Part shown: positions 27,895 to 36,785 of the stretch, one piece after another | Numbering within the stretch: the first letter of the stretch is position 1 | Layout of the letters: each line of letters begins with the position of its first letter | IMG/VR virus record: IMGVR_UViG_3300045450_000252 | Location: 13,534-77,533 of that record | Direction: 5' to 3' (one strand) | From: a virus | Taxonomy: Duplodnaviria; Caudoviricetes | DNA: 64,000 bases | The notes under the pieces: generated by a model | The model's input: the letters and a program-made list of their open reading frames with translations, nothing else | The model's database searches: none | What the model was told of the DNA's origin: nothing | Translations under genes and position numbers: made by a program

Positions 27895-27960
27895 ATGTAC
27901 AGTACTGAGCGAGTGCAAGAAAGCACCCGCCGGGCGAACTGTGTCAAACATGAGCTATGA
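27895..27960 (+). CDS. Possible 21-aa leader ORF
   Basis: ATG 5 nt after the -7 element; its TGA overlaps the next ATG (ATGA). Confidence 0.35.
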   Translation: MYSTERVQESTRRANCVKHEL

Positions 27961-28199
27961 CTGAGCGCCAGAAGTACCTGCGGTTGCTGTCCATCGTCAT
28001 CGAGGACTTGCCCACCAGCGCCATCGACGCGCTCATTCGAAAGGACTACGAGGCCTCGGCCTCCATGCTCAACAACGTGCGCATTGGCCGCTCGCACAAC
28101 CTGGCGCACCTCGTGGCCCTGGTGCGGGTGGGCCTGCCCAAGTTCGCGATTCCGGCCGAGCTGCTGCCGGCCCCGGCACCTGCCCCCCTGCTGGCGTGA
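27957..28199 (+). CDS. Cro-like early protein
   Basis: First gene divergent from the repressor; a decayed homolog lies at 63671-63736. Confidence 0.55.
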   Translation: MTERQKYLRLLSIVIEDLPTSAIDALIRKDYEASASMLNNVRIGRSHNLAHLVALVRVGLPKFAIPAELLPAPAPAPLLA

Positions 28200-28576
28200 T
28201 GGAAGCCCGGGCACTCTACCACACCGCCGCCCCGCAGGGGCCGCGCAACCTGGCCGCGCCGCTGGCCGCCTGGCTGCGCCAGCAAGGCTTCACGGCCACC
28301 GAGCAACTGCGCGACACCCTGGCCACGGTAGCCGCGCACTGGGTGGCAGTGGGAGGGGAGCGCTTCGAGCTCAGCTACACCTGGGCGCTCGGCCCCGCGC
28401 CCGACGCCACCTGCACGCTGCGCGTGCTCTACCCCAGCTCCGTGTGGGTCGAAACGCTCTTCACGGCCCAGCGCGTGCGCCGCCTCAAGGAAGTGCGCCT
28501 GCTGCTACTCGGCAATGTGCGCTACCACAACGCCCGGCTGCTGGCCCGGCCCGCTACTACCCCCGCTACTCCCTGA
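28196..28576 (+). CDS. Early hypothetical protein
   Basis: GTGA overlap with the previous gene; operon position. Confidence 0.65.
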   Translation: MMEARALYHTAAPQGPRNLAAPLAAWLRQQGFTATEQLRDTLATVAAHWVAVGGERFELSYTWALGPAPDATCTLRVLYPSSVWVETLFTAQRVRRLKEVRLLLLGNVRYHNARLLARPATTPATP

Positions 28577-28602
28577 TTCTTTCACCTAACCTCTTCGCTA
28601 CC

Positions 28603-28857
28603 ATGCACCGAAATAATACCCCCGACGACCCACCGCGCCTGCCCTGCATGCGCGACATGCACGAGCTAGTGCATGTCGTGCTCACCGAGCCGCTGCTGAT
28701 GCTCTCGCCGCTGGAGGAGCTGGCGCGCCGCCTGCACGAGGTCACGGCCCAGCACCCGCGCTTTCGGGAGGAAGCGCCCCTGGTGCTGGCCGGCGAAACC
28801 GCCCGGCGGCGGCGCTACAGCGGGGAACTGGCCGTGAGCCACGCCGAAGTCGCCTAA
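28603..28857 (+). CDS. Early hypothetical protein
   Basis: ATG at 28603 after a pyrimidine-rich leader. Confidence 0.6.
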   Translation: MHRNNTPDDPPRLPCMRDMHELVHVVLTEPLLMLSPLEELARRLHEVTAQHPRFREEAPLVLAGETARRRRYSGELAVSHAEVA

Positions 28858-28892
28858 GCTATTCTTTTTCTACCCCTTCCACCTCTTTTGCC

Positions 28893-29117
28893 ATGCCCGA
28901 ATCCCGCGCCGACCACCTGCACTGGGCCAAGACCCGCGCCCTCGAATACGTCGAAGCCGGCGACCTCGCCGGCGCGTGCGCCTCCTTCCTCTCCGACCTG
29001 GGCAAGCACCCGCAGATTGACCCCAGCGCCGCCCAACTGGTGTACGGCATCGAGGCGATGACCGGGGGGCTGAATACGCCCCAGAAGGTGCGTCACTTTA
29101 TCGAGGGTACTCACTAG
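28893..29117 (+). CDS. Early hypothetical protein
   Basis: Compact ORF in the operon with protein-like composition. Confidence 0.65.
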   Translation: MPESRADHLHWAKTRALEYVEAGDLAGACASFLSDLGKHPQIDPSAAQLVYGIEAMTGGLNTPQKVRHFIEGTH

Positions 29118-29123
29118 CCGCCC

Positions 29124-29420
29124 ATGCGCCCGCCTTTTCCCAAGCTCTCGCTCACCGACGCGGCCACCGGCCGGCGCGTGCGGGTGGATGCCTTCCAGCC
29201 CGGCGACGCGCTGGTGCAGCCCATCCTGGGCTACTGCTACACGGCCGAAAATAACTGGACCGTGTACGTGGCCGGCCCCATGCCCCCGCACCTGCGCTCG
29301 GCCGTGGAGCAGGGCCACACCGACTGCGAAGTGCTGCTGGTGGCCGAGCTGCCGGCCGGCATCCAGGAAATTACCCTGCCCGACCACCGCCGCGAGTACT
29401 GCCTGCGCAAAGCTGCCTGA
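29124..29420 (+). CDS. Early hypothetical protein
   Basis: Compact ORF in the operon. Confidence 0.65.
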   Translation: MRPPFPKLSLTDAATGRRVRVDAFQPGDALVQPILGYCYTAENNWTVYVAGPMPPHLRSAVEQGHTDCEVLLVAELPAGIQEITLPDHRREYCLRKAA

Positions 29421-29444
29421 TTCACCGCTTTTCCCCGCCCCGCC

Positions 29445-29864
29445 ATGACTGCCAACGACCTGGCCACCGCCGGCTTTATCGATACCTGGATGCGCGCCCT
29501 CGTGGCCCTGGTGACCTCGCACGTAGCCGGCGCGGCCCCCCCGGCGGCGGGCCAGGCCGAGGTCGTGCTCTACAGCGTGCAGAAGCTGGCCCAGGTGCTC
29601 GACGTGGACCCAAGCACCGTGCGCGCCTGGCTCAAGAAGGGCAAGCGCGGCAAGGCCGGCGGGGTGGTGAGGCTGCAAGCCTACCAGTTTACGAGCGAGC
29701 CGCGCATTCCCTGGCCCGCGCTGCTGGCCTACCACCGGGGCGAAGACTTCGACCTCGACACGCTGCCCGCGCCGCTGCTGCTGCCCCCGGCCGAGCTAGT
29801 GCCGGCCGCCTTTCCCAAGCTTACTACGCCCACGGTGCCCCCGCCGATGCGGGTGGCTTCCTAG
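29445..29864 (+). CDS. HTH protein, excisionase-like
   Basis: YSVQKLAQVLDVDPSTVRAWL...RIP MerR/Xis-type pattern. Confidence 0.65.
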   Translation: MTANDLATAGFIDTWMRALVALVTSHVAGAAPPAAGQAEVVLYSVQKLAQVLDVDPSTVRAWLKKGKRGKAGGVVRLQAYQFTSEPRIPWPALLAYHRGEDFDLDTLPAPLLLPPAELVPAAFPKLTTPTVPPPMRVAS

Positions 29865-30083
29865 CCGGGCGCTCACCTGCTTTTTCCCTTTTCCCATGCC
29901 CAGCGACCTGCTCACCGGGTCCGCGCCAGCCGGCCCTGTGGCCGAAGGTGCGCCCGCAGCGACCTGCCCGGCCCCTCCAGGTGCTCGGCGGGGCCGCCCG
30001 CCGGGCCGGGCCAGCCGGCGGTCCTTGCGCTGCCCGGCCAATCACTTTATCGCCCACGACCGTCCCGTTTTTCTTACCCAGCC

Positions 30084-30431
30084 ATGAGTCAAGTCACTGT
30101 GTATTCCTCAGCCCCCGAGACCACGCAGCTCGCCTGCGCCTTTCAGAACGCCCGCCGGGCGGGCCTGGGCGTGGTCGTGCTGCCCATCGCCCAGCTGCCG
30201 GCCACCGGCTCCAGTCGCAAGGAACTGCTGCGCCTGCGCGAGCAGCTGCTCGACGTCACGCAGCTGCTGGCCAACGTCGGCCTCAAGCTCGACCTGATAG
30301 AGACGGGCCAGCTCGTGCCCGACGCAGGGGAGGAGCCAGGCCTGCGCGCCGAGCGCGACAGCTTATTTGCCCGCCAGCGCGGGCTGTTGGCCAGCATTAA
30401 GCAGTTGGAAGGAGGGGTGGTAGGTGGCTGA
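30084..30431 (+). CDS. Early coiled-coil hypothetical protein
   Basis: Operon position; overlaps the next start. Confidence 0.65.
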   Translation: MSQVTVYSSAPETTQLACAFQNARRAGLGVVVLPIAQLPATGSSRKELLRLREQLLDVTQLLANVGLKLDLIETGQLVPDAGEEPGLRAERDSLFARQRGLLASIKQLEGGVVGG

Positions 30432-31212
30432 GACGAAGAAAATCCACCTGGCGCTGGACATTCCCGCGCCGCAGGCCGAGCTGTTTCGGGTGCTGGTGCA
30501 CAACCTGAATTACCAAGACGTTGAAGACCCGACCAAGTACACCGGCCCCTCCGGCGTCGAGATTCTCTACGAGGAGGCGTGCCGGAGCAACGACGAGCCC
30601 ACGGTCGAGTTCTCGCTCTGGTTCGACAAACCTGCGACAGCTTACTGGTTTGCCGGGCGCCTGCACGAGGCCAAAGCCGCGTGGCAGGTGATGGCGGCCG
30701 ACGAGGCCGCCCGCGCGGCTTACCCTAAGTTTTTCTACCACCCGAAGCTGGTTACGTGGCTGCGCTACAACTCGCCCGAGTGCTTCTGCCTCGTGTCGAG
30801 CACCCAGCTCCAAGTGCGGCGCGAGCGGGCGCAGGACTTATTCAAGGCGGAAGAAGTCGAGCCCACCACGGAGCATGCTTTTCTGGAGGTCTACCTGCGC
30901 ACCCGCGACGAGCTGCGCGGGTGCGCTACCAAGTCAGCCACCTACCAGCGCCGGGGCGCGCCGGGCCACGAGTGGTTCTACTGCAATCCGCTGCACGCGG
31001 GCTCCTCCCTGCCCCAGCACGTACGGCTCTGCGCCACGGACGACGAATATGGCCGCTCGTGGCAGCTCATGTGGGCGCACGATACGAACCGGTTCGACGG
31101 CCGCCGCGTGGCCAGTACGGAACAGGAGTTTGAGCAGCAGCTGGCGGCTATGCTGGCTGACATCGCAGCTGTGGCCACAGGCCAGGCGGGAAGGGAGGTA
31201 CGCCGTGGCTAA
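30424..31212 (+). CDS. Early hypothetical protein
   Basis: 262-aa ORF coupled at both ends. Confidence 0.65.
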   Translation: MAETKKIHLALDIPAPQAELFRVLVHNLNYQDVEDPTKYTGPSGVEILYEEACRSNDEPTVEFSLWFDKPATAYWFAGRLHEAKAAWQVMAADEAARAAYPKFFYHPKLVTWLRYNSPECFCLVSSTQLQVRRERAQDLFKAEEVEPTTEHAFLEVYLRTRDELRGCATKSATYQRRGAPGHEWFYCNPLHAGSSLPQHVRLCATDDEYGRSWQLMWAHDTNRFDGRRVASTEQEFEQQLAAMLADIAAVATGQAGREVRRG

Positions 31213-31960
31213 GCTTTACAGCGTGCGCATCGACGAGGTGGCCACGGGCACGGGGCGCGTCGAGCTTATCGGCAAGCGCCAGCCCCTGTATAGCCTGGAA
31301 GAAGTGTGCGTTTTTCTGCTGGAGTACACCCAGGCCTGGCAGCAACTGCCGCCGCCCTTGCCGGAAGCAATAGAGGCAGAATTCGAGGCGCAGCGGGCCA
31401 CGCTGGCGGCCGAGGACGGCCCGCCGCTGCCCGGCTCGCGCAAATGCTACTTCACGCTGCACCCCTACGAGCCCGACGAGCAGGGCGAAGTCATCGAGCA
31501 AATTATCACAATTCTGGAGATAATGGGTACGCTCTCGCCCGTGGGCCAGGCGGCGCTGGCGAGCCAGCAGGTGCTCGTGTCGGTGCTGCGCGCCCGCCAG
31601 TGCCGGGTGTGCGGCTGCACCGACACGGATAGTCGGGCCTGTATCGAGGCCACCGGCGGCCCCTGCCACTGGGTCGGCCCCAACCTGTGCAGCGCCTGCA
31701 CGCCGCAGGCCGAGCCGCTGGTCGAGATGCAGTGGGCGCTGAGTTTCGCCCAGGCCGCCGTCATCGAGCGCGCCCTGGCCGACCACAATGCGTTCGAGCA
31801 CCGGCGGCACGAGGAGGCCTGGCAGCTGCGGGTAGTACACCGCAACGAGCGCGACTACTTCGTGTACCTGACCATCGCTAAGGGCAATCTGGTGAGCGAC
31901 GAACACTTGTTTGACCTGGGCTGGCAGGCTAGCCAGCTCGCTGGGCTACCCACCGACTAG
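31205..31960 (+). CDS. Early protein with Cys-rich Zn-binding motif
   Basis: CRVCGC...C...CHW...CSAC; GTG start at 31205. Confidence 0.65.
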   Translation: MAKLYSVRIDEVATGTGRVELIGKRQPLYSLEEVCVFLLEYTQAWQQLPPPLPEAIEAEFEAQRATLAAEDGPPLPGSRKCYFTLHPYEPDEQGEVIEQIITILEIMGTLSPVGQAALASQQVLVSVLRARQCRVCGCTDTDSRACIEATGGPCHWVGPNLCSACTPQAEPLVEMQWALSFAQAAVIERALADHNAFEHRRHEEAWQLRVVHRNERDYFVYLTIAKGNLVSDEHLFDLGWQASQLAGLPTD

Positions 31961-32000
31961 TAACACGCTGACTTTATCCCCTCTCGTCTAACGAAGACAC

Positions 32001-32071
32001 GCAGCGCCCGCCTCTTCCCGGTCGGCTCGGGTGCTGTGGATGCCGGCTCGACGCCGGCCAGGGGAGCACCA
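32001..32071 (+). ncRNA. tRNA-like structured element (T-arm-like hairpin and 3' CCA)
   Basis: GCCGG-CTCGACG-CCGGC then ...GGGGAGCACCA, preceded by a 10-bp hairpin. Confidence 0.35.
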
Positions 32072-32104
32072 TTTATCCGTTTCCACTACTCTTTCCGCTT
32101 GCTC

Positions 32105-32686
32105 ATGTCCCGTTCTGCCTTTACCCCCAAGCTGCGCCTCAACTTCACTAAAACCTGGAAAAAGGTGCTGCACTACGTGCGCCAGCCCCAACTCATCGCC
32201 CCGGCCCCGCCACCCGCGCACCTGGCCGAGGCCCTGGCCCCGCAGCAGACCATCAAGCGGCCCCAGCTCAAGGGCAACCTGGTGCATACGCTCAAGGAAA
32301 TCCTGCGCATTTTCATTGCCAACTGGACGGCCGCCCGCGCCCCCATCAACCTGGCCATCCAAACCACCCGCGCCGCCATGGCCAAGGCCGGCAACAACCG
32401 TGACCCTAAAACGGCCTACCGCCACATCCTGGCCCTCATCGAGTACGGCTTCCTGCGCGGCAAAGTGCAGGTCAAGGGCGGGCTGCAACTGCTGCTCAAC
32501 CCCGACCTGCTCGTGTTCGACGAGGCCAAGGGTGGGGGCGCTACGGCCGCTGGAGCCGCCCCGGCCATCCTGGGCCTGACGCCGGCCGCTCTGGCCGGGC
32601 CAGTCGCCCCCACGCCTGCTGCCGGCCTGGCCGGGCTGCTGGCCGCCGCCCAAAATTTGAAAGGGCCGATGTGGATAACTTCTTAA
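32105..32686 (+). CDS. Probable winged-helix replication protein
   Basis: TTRAAMAK...KTAYRHILALIEYGFL wHTH pattern; upstream of the primase. Confidence 0.55.
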   Translation: MSRSAFTPKLRLNFTKTWKKVLHYVRQPQLIAPAPPPAHLAEALAPQQTIKRPQLKGNLVHTLKEILRIFIANWTAARAPINLAIQTTRAAMAKAGNNRDPKTAYRHILALIEYGFLRGKVQVKGGLQLLLNPDLLVFDEAKGGGATAAGAAPAILGLTPAALAGPVAPTPAAGLAGLLAAAQNLKGPMWITS

Positions 32687-32830
32687 AAAGCTTAATGCGG
32701 GCATTTTTCCCAGCTTTATAGCAGTGGGGCGCAGCCCCACTGCCTGAGGACTCCCATAAAAGCTATGCATGATAGGAACGGTCGTTTTTCGCCCGACTTA
32801 TCCACGCCCCGGGTGTCGATAAGTCGGGGC
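32670..32830. other. Candidate phage replication origin
   Basis: Exact DnaA box TGTGGATAA at 32670, near-box TTATCCACG at 32798, 11-bp inverted repeat and AT-rich tract. Confidence 0.35.
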
Positions 32831-32943
32831 TAGCTGAAAAAAAAAGAGGGGCGGGCCGCGTCGAGCGGCTCGCAGGCACCTGCCCCACCGCCCCCGGCGC
32901 GTGGGTAGGGGCCGCCAGTGCCAACATTTTTAAAAACCCACCC

Positions 32944-34224
32944 GTGCAGCTCACTTCTCCCACCCTGAGCGCGAAGGCCGCCCGTGCGGCCGACAAGCAG
33001 ATTCCGCTGCTCAGCATCATGGCCAAGCTCGGCCACCAGCCCGCCGGCCCGCCGGCCGCGGGCGGCAACTACTACTACACCTCGCCCTTCCGGCCGCAGG
33101 AAAAAACGCCCAGCTTCGTAGTGTGCGCACCCAAAAACGTGTGGAGCGACTTCGGCGGCACGCCCAAGCCCGGCAAGAAGGCCGACGGCGGCGACGTGCT
33201 GGAGTTGATAATGCGCCTCACCGACTTTGACCTGCCTCGGGCGCGCCTGGTGCTGCGGGCCTGGGCCGCCGACCTGGCCACGCCGGCCGAGCTGGCGCTG
33301 CCGGCCGCCACGCCGGGGCAGACCTACGTCATGGATAAAGTCACTTTTAGCGACGTGCGGGTCGAGCCCCTGACGTGGGCTCCACTCGTAGAGTACCTCA
33401 CGAGTCGGGGCATCAACTGGCCTCTGGTGCAGCGCAACGCCAGTACGCTGGCCCACTTGCAGCAGATTTTCTACCGCACGAGTACCAGCACCCGCGAGAA
33501 GCCCTACTTCGGGCTGGGCTGGAAGACATCGGCCGGCTGGGAGGTGCGTAGCAAGAATTTCCAGGGCACCATCGGCGGCAAGGGCCTGACCTGGTTGCTG
33601 GGTCAGAACCGCAGCGAGGTGATGATTTTCGAGGGCTTCCTCGACTACCTCTCGGCCCTGACGCACTTTGGCCAGAGCCGCTTCGAGCAGACGGTGCTCA
33701 TCCTCAACTCGGTGAGCATGCTGGCCGAGGCCCTGCCCACGCTGCTGCAGGCGCGGGGCGTGCACTGGTTCGGTGACAACGACGCGGCCGGCGAGCGCGC
33801 CCTGTGGCTGCTGCGCGAAGCCCTGGGCCACGCCCGGGTAAAGGCTCACAACGAACTCTACCGGGGCTACAAGGACGTCAACGACTTCCTGACCAACACC
33901 CCGCCGGCCAAGCCCCTGCCCCCCAGGCGGGCCGAGCCCAGCCCGCTCAGCCAAACCGCGCAGTACTGGCTCTACGTGGTCTTCAACGAGCGCGCCCCCG
34001 GCACGCCGGCCGCGGCCGGCAAGAAGCGCACCTGCACCTTCTACTCCTGGACCAACGACGCCACCGGCCTGGAATACCTGCGCGTGCTACGCAACCGCCT
34101 GGGCGAGCAGATGGCCTACTTCCGCCTCTGCGAGCGCACCCACGGCCGCAGCTTCAAGATTTTAGAATACGCTGGCCTGCACCAGCCCGTACCGCAGATT
34201 CCGCATGAGACTGCCGCATCTTGA
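32944..34224 (+). CDS. DnaG-like primase (ZBD-like N-terminus plus Toprim)
   Basis: SPFRPQEKTPSF, GGDVL, IFEGFLDYLS, DNDAAG and KDVNDFL. Confidence 0.82.
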   Translation: MQLTSPTLSAKAARAADKQIPLLSIMAKLGHQPAGPPAAGGNYYYTSPFRPQEKTPSFVVCAPKNVWSDFGGTPKPGKKADGGDVLELIMRLTDFDLPRARLVLRAWAADLATPAELALPAATPGQTYVMDKVTFSDVRVEPLTWAPLVEYLTSRGINWPLVQRNASTLAHLQQIFYRTSTSTREKPYFGLGWKTSAGWEVRSKNFQGTIGGKGLTWLLGQNRSEVMIFEGFLDYLSALTHFGQSRFEQTVLILNSVSMLAEALPTLLQARGVHWFGDNDAAGERALWLLREALGHARVKAHNELYRGYKDVNDFLTNTPPAKPLPPRRAEPSPLSQTAQYWLYVVFNERAPGTPAAAGKKRTCTFYSWTNDATGLEYLRVLRNRLGEQMAYFRLCERTHGRSFKILEYAGLHQPVPQIPHETAAS

Positions 34225-34567
34225 CCAAAAAATCGACCTACACTGGGGTGATGCGGCACTGTTGGCCCACGCCATCGAGCACGTGCTCTGCGAGCAACTC
34301 GAGCTCGAGCAGCCCGCCCGGCCCAGCTGGGAGATGGCCCTGGCCATGGGGCCGCTCTACCGGGTGCGCGCCCGCCTGCTGGGCCGCGCCGGCGTGGAGC
34401 GCCACCACCAGGGGCCGCGCCCCCGCAAGCCCTGGAAGCTCACCCTGCGCTACGACGAGGTAGTAGCCCTCCTGTTCATTCTGCCCCAGGCCCCGCTGGC
34501 CGGCCAGGCCTGGGGCGCGGTGCAGCAGGCCAGCTTCGCCCTGGAGCGTTACGTGAATTTTTCGTGA
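34205..34567 (+). CDS. Hypothetical protein
   Basis: Overlaps the primase end; operon position. Confidence 0.6.
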   Translation: MRLPHLDQKIDLHWGDAALLAHAIEHVLCEQLELEQPARPSWEMALAMGPLYRVRARLLGRAGVERHHQGPRPRKPWKLTLRYDEVVALLFILPQAPLAGQAWGAVQQASFALERYVNFS

Positions 34568-34645
34568 GAAGCCCGGCTTGTTCGTCCTTGAGGGCAGGGG
34601 AGGGGGACGGTAATTTTCTACACCCAACCTAGCGCCGCACGTGTT

Positions 34646-35164
34646 ATGCTCCACACCTTTACCATTCCCGTCAAGCCCCACGTGCGCAAGTACCTGCTGC
34701 ACCACCTGCGTGCGGGCTACAAGCTCACGCAGCTCGACGCCTTCGGCCGGCACCTGCGCCTGCTGCTGGAGCGCAAGCGCAAGAACAATTTTCTCAACGG
34801 CTTCACCGAGCGATACACGGCCAGCTTCGGGGTGTCGGTAGAGGGTAACCTCATCTTGCAGAAGCGCTTGCGGGCGCTCAACTCGAAGGAGATTATCGAC
34901 TTCAACAACTTCGTGGAGGACGTTATCAAGACCGAGTTCTACGGCCTGGTCGACAACCGCCTCAGCTTCGGGCTGAGCCAGTACGGGGCCATTCAGCAGT
35001 TTCGGGCCAAGTACGATTTCCAGGACGAGGACATTACCCACGACGCTCTCAAGAAGGCCTGGCAGCGCTACGATGCTGAGCGCCGGCTCGCGGCCGCGCC
35101 CCAGAATTGTGTTTCAGTTTGTCCCCTACCCGTGGCCGTGGCCCAGCACCGGCTCGTGGCCTAG
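34646..35164 (+). CDS. Hypothetical protein, candidate late-gene regulator
   Basis: RHH-like start (FTIPVKPHVRKYL) and helical C-terminus; lies at the early/late boundary. Confidence 0.55.
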   Translation: MLHTFTIPVKPHVRKYLLHHLRAGYKLTQLDAFGRHLRLLLERKRKNNFLNGFTERYTASFGVSVEGNLILQKRLRALNSKEIIDFNNFVEDVIKTEFYGLVDNRLSFGLSQYGAIQQFRAKYDFQDEDITHDALKKAWQRYDAERRLAAAPQNCVSVCPLPVAVAQHRLVA

Positions 35165-35210
35165 CAAAAAGGCAGCATTCGACAAGAAAAATGTTTCAGT
35201 TTGTCCCCTA
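35110..35210. repeat. 19-bp direct repeat TGTTTCAGTTTGTCCCCTA
   Basis: Exact copies at 35110-35128 and 35192-35210. Confidence 0.85.
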
Positions 35211-35220
35211 GTCCCGGCTG

Positions 35221-35880
35221 ATGCTTTCCCCCTACGAGCTGCGCAACGTGGTGCAGGTGCCCGCCGATAACCTGGGCGGCATTGAGGCGCTCTGGTACGC
35301 CCGCGTGAGCGACCTGCTTGACTTCGACGACTTGGGTGAGCTGCCCATTGGCCAGCTCACCCTCAAGCCGGGTGCCTGTTGGTATCAGCTCGTGAGCACC
35401 CGGGGCACGGTGCGCTACAAGCAGACTCCGAAACCCCTGGGCCGGCACGGCGAGAGCTACGGCCAGAAGCTCACGGGCACCGTGCCCCGGCACACGGCCG
35501 AGCTGGTGGCCGGCCTCGAGGCGCTCGAGGGCCAGGAGCTGGTCGTGCTCTACCGCGACCACAACGGGCAGGTGCAGCTCGTAGGCACGCCCGAGCAGCC
35601 GCTGGCCTGGTCTGACACCTACGACTCGGGCGAGGTAATGCAGGGCCAGCGCAACAACTACGACTGGACGCTGGAGGGCGAAACACCCCGCCGCGCCCGG
35701 CCTTACCTGGGCACCTGGCTCGTGAGCGGCGTGGGCCTGGCCGGCGGCGTGAGCCTGGGCAGTGGGGCCGGGGGCGAAGTCTACCTGCGCGACCGCGCCG
35801 GCAACCTGCTGGCCACCGTGCCCGCCGGCAAAACCATCATTGTGCGCTCGGGCTTCCGGGTCGCTTTCTCCATTATATAG
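35221..35880 (+). CDS. Tail-tube-like paralog
   Basis: DNLGG...W...G.VP...D.NG...VG...P...DSG pattern shared with 41187-41723. Confidence 0.5.
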   Translation: MLSPYELRNVVQVPADNLGGIEALWYARVSDLLDFDDLGELPIGQLTLKPGACWYQLVSTRGTVRYKQTPKPLGRHGESYGQKLTGTVPRHTAELVAGLEALEGQELVVLYRDHNGQVQLVGTPEQPLAWSDTYDSGEVMQGQRNNYDWTLEGETPRRARPYLGTWLVSGVGLAGGVSLGSGAGGEVYLRDRAGNLLATVPAGKTIIVRSGFRVAFSII

Positions 35881-35888
35881 CCCCGCCC

Positions 35889-36785
35889 GTGCTTACTCCC
35901 GCTCAACTTAAGCAGCGCACCGACGACCGCTTCCCTGATAACGATTTCTTATTCATCACGCCCAAGTCGTTCCGCGACCAGGGCGATGATATGCTGGCCA
36001 CCTTCGTGCCGCTGGCCGAAGCCAATGTGCCCGCCTATGACCCCACGCGCTTTTATGCCGAGGAGTACCTGGTCACCTTCGACGGCCTCTACTACCGGGC
36101 CAAGGTGCAGGGCTTTCTACCCGCGCCCACCCCGGGCCAGGAAACAGCCGAGTGGCTGCCGGACTTAAAGCCACTGCCGGCGACGGTGCCCTACCGCGAG
36201 CTGACGGTGCTCCAGGCCCAGGACTGGGCCAGCGACGGGCTACTGGTGCCCAGCACCTTATACCGCCTGCAAGGCCGCGTCACTGCCACTGGCGACCCGC
36301 TCGCCGACGTGCTGGTGGTGGCCGTATCGCGGCACCACCTCAGTGAGGCCGACGCCTACACCGTAAGCCTCGACGCGCAAACCCGCCAGGAGCAGGTGCT
36401 GCCGGTGAGCTACTCGCTGGCCACCGATACGACGGGAGCACGGGCGGCCGGCGGGGGCGGTACCAGCTACAGCGACGAGCAGGCCCGCGCCGCGCCGCTG
36501 GACCGCGTGGCCCCGGCCGGCACGACCACCGTGACGCTCACGGCCGAGTCGCCAGAAGATTATGGCACGGCCGCCAGCGGCACCTTCACGGTGGACGGCA
36601 CCGGCTGCGTGGTCGGCAAAGAGGCTTATTTCGACATCAGCGCGGGTGGCACGGCTCCGCTTTTTACCAAGGCCCCGTCTGGCCAGCCCTTCGATATGAC
36701 GCTGGCCAAGTTCGTGAGCGGTGTTCTCAACCGCTATGCCGTGCGGGTATTTCCAAACCGGATTGAGGTAATCCGTACCAAATGA
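35889..36785 (+). CDS. Probable tail fibre/receptor-binding protein
   Basis: AYDPT..Y...V.F.G..Y.A...W carbohydrate-binding-module-like motif; beta-rich C-terminus. Confidence 0.5.
   Translation: MLTPAQLKQRTDDRFPDNDFLFITPKSFRDQGDDMLATFVPLAEANVPAYDPTRFYAEEYLVTFDGLYYRAKVQGFLPAPTPGQETAEWLPDLKPLPATVPYRELTVLQAQDWASDGLLVPSTLYRLQGRVTATGDPLADVLVVAVSRHHLSEADAYTVSLDAQTRQEQVLPVSYSLATDTTGARAAGGGGTSYSDEQARAAPLDRVAPAGTTTVTLTAESPEDYGTAASGTFTVDGTGCVVGKEAYFDISAGGTAPLFTKAPSGQPFDMTLAKFVSGVLNRYAVRVFPNRIEVIRTK

Noticed and set aside
32649-32720. Programmed -1 frameshift at A-AAT-TTG in the wHTH gene
   Set aside because: The shifted frame adds only about 22 codons and does not reach the primase
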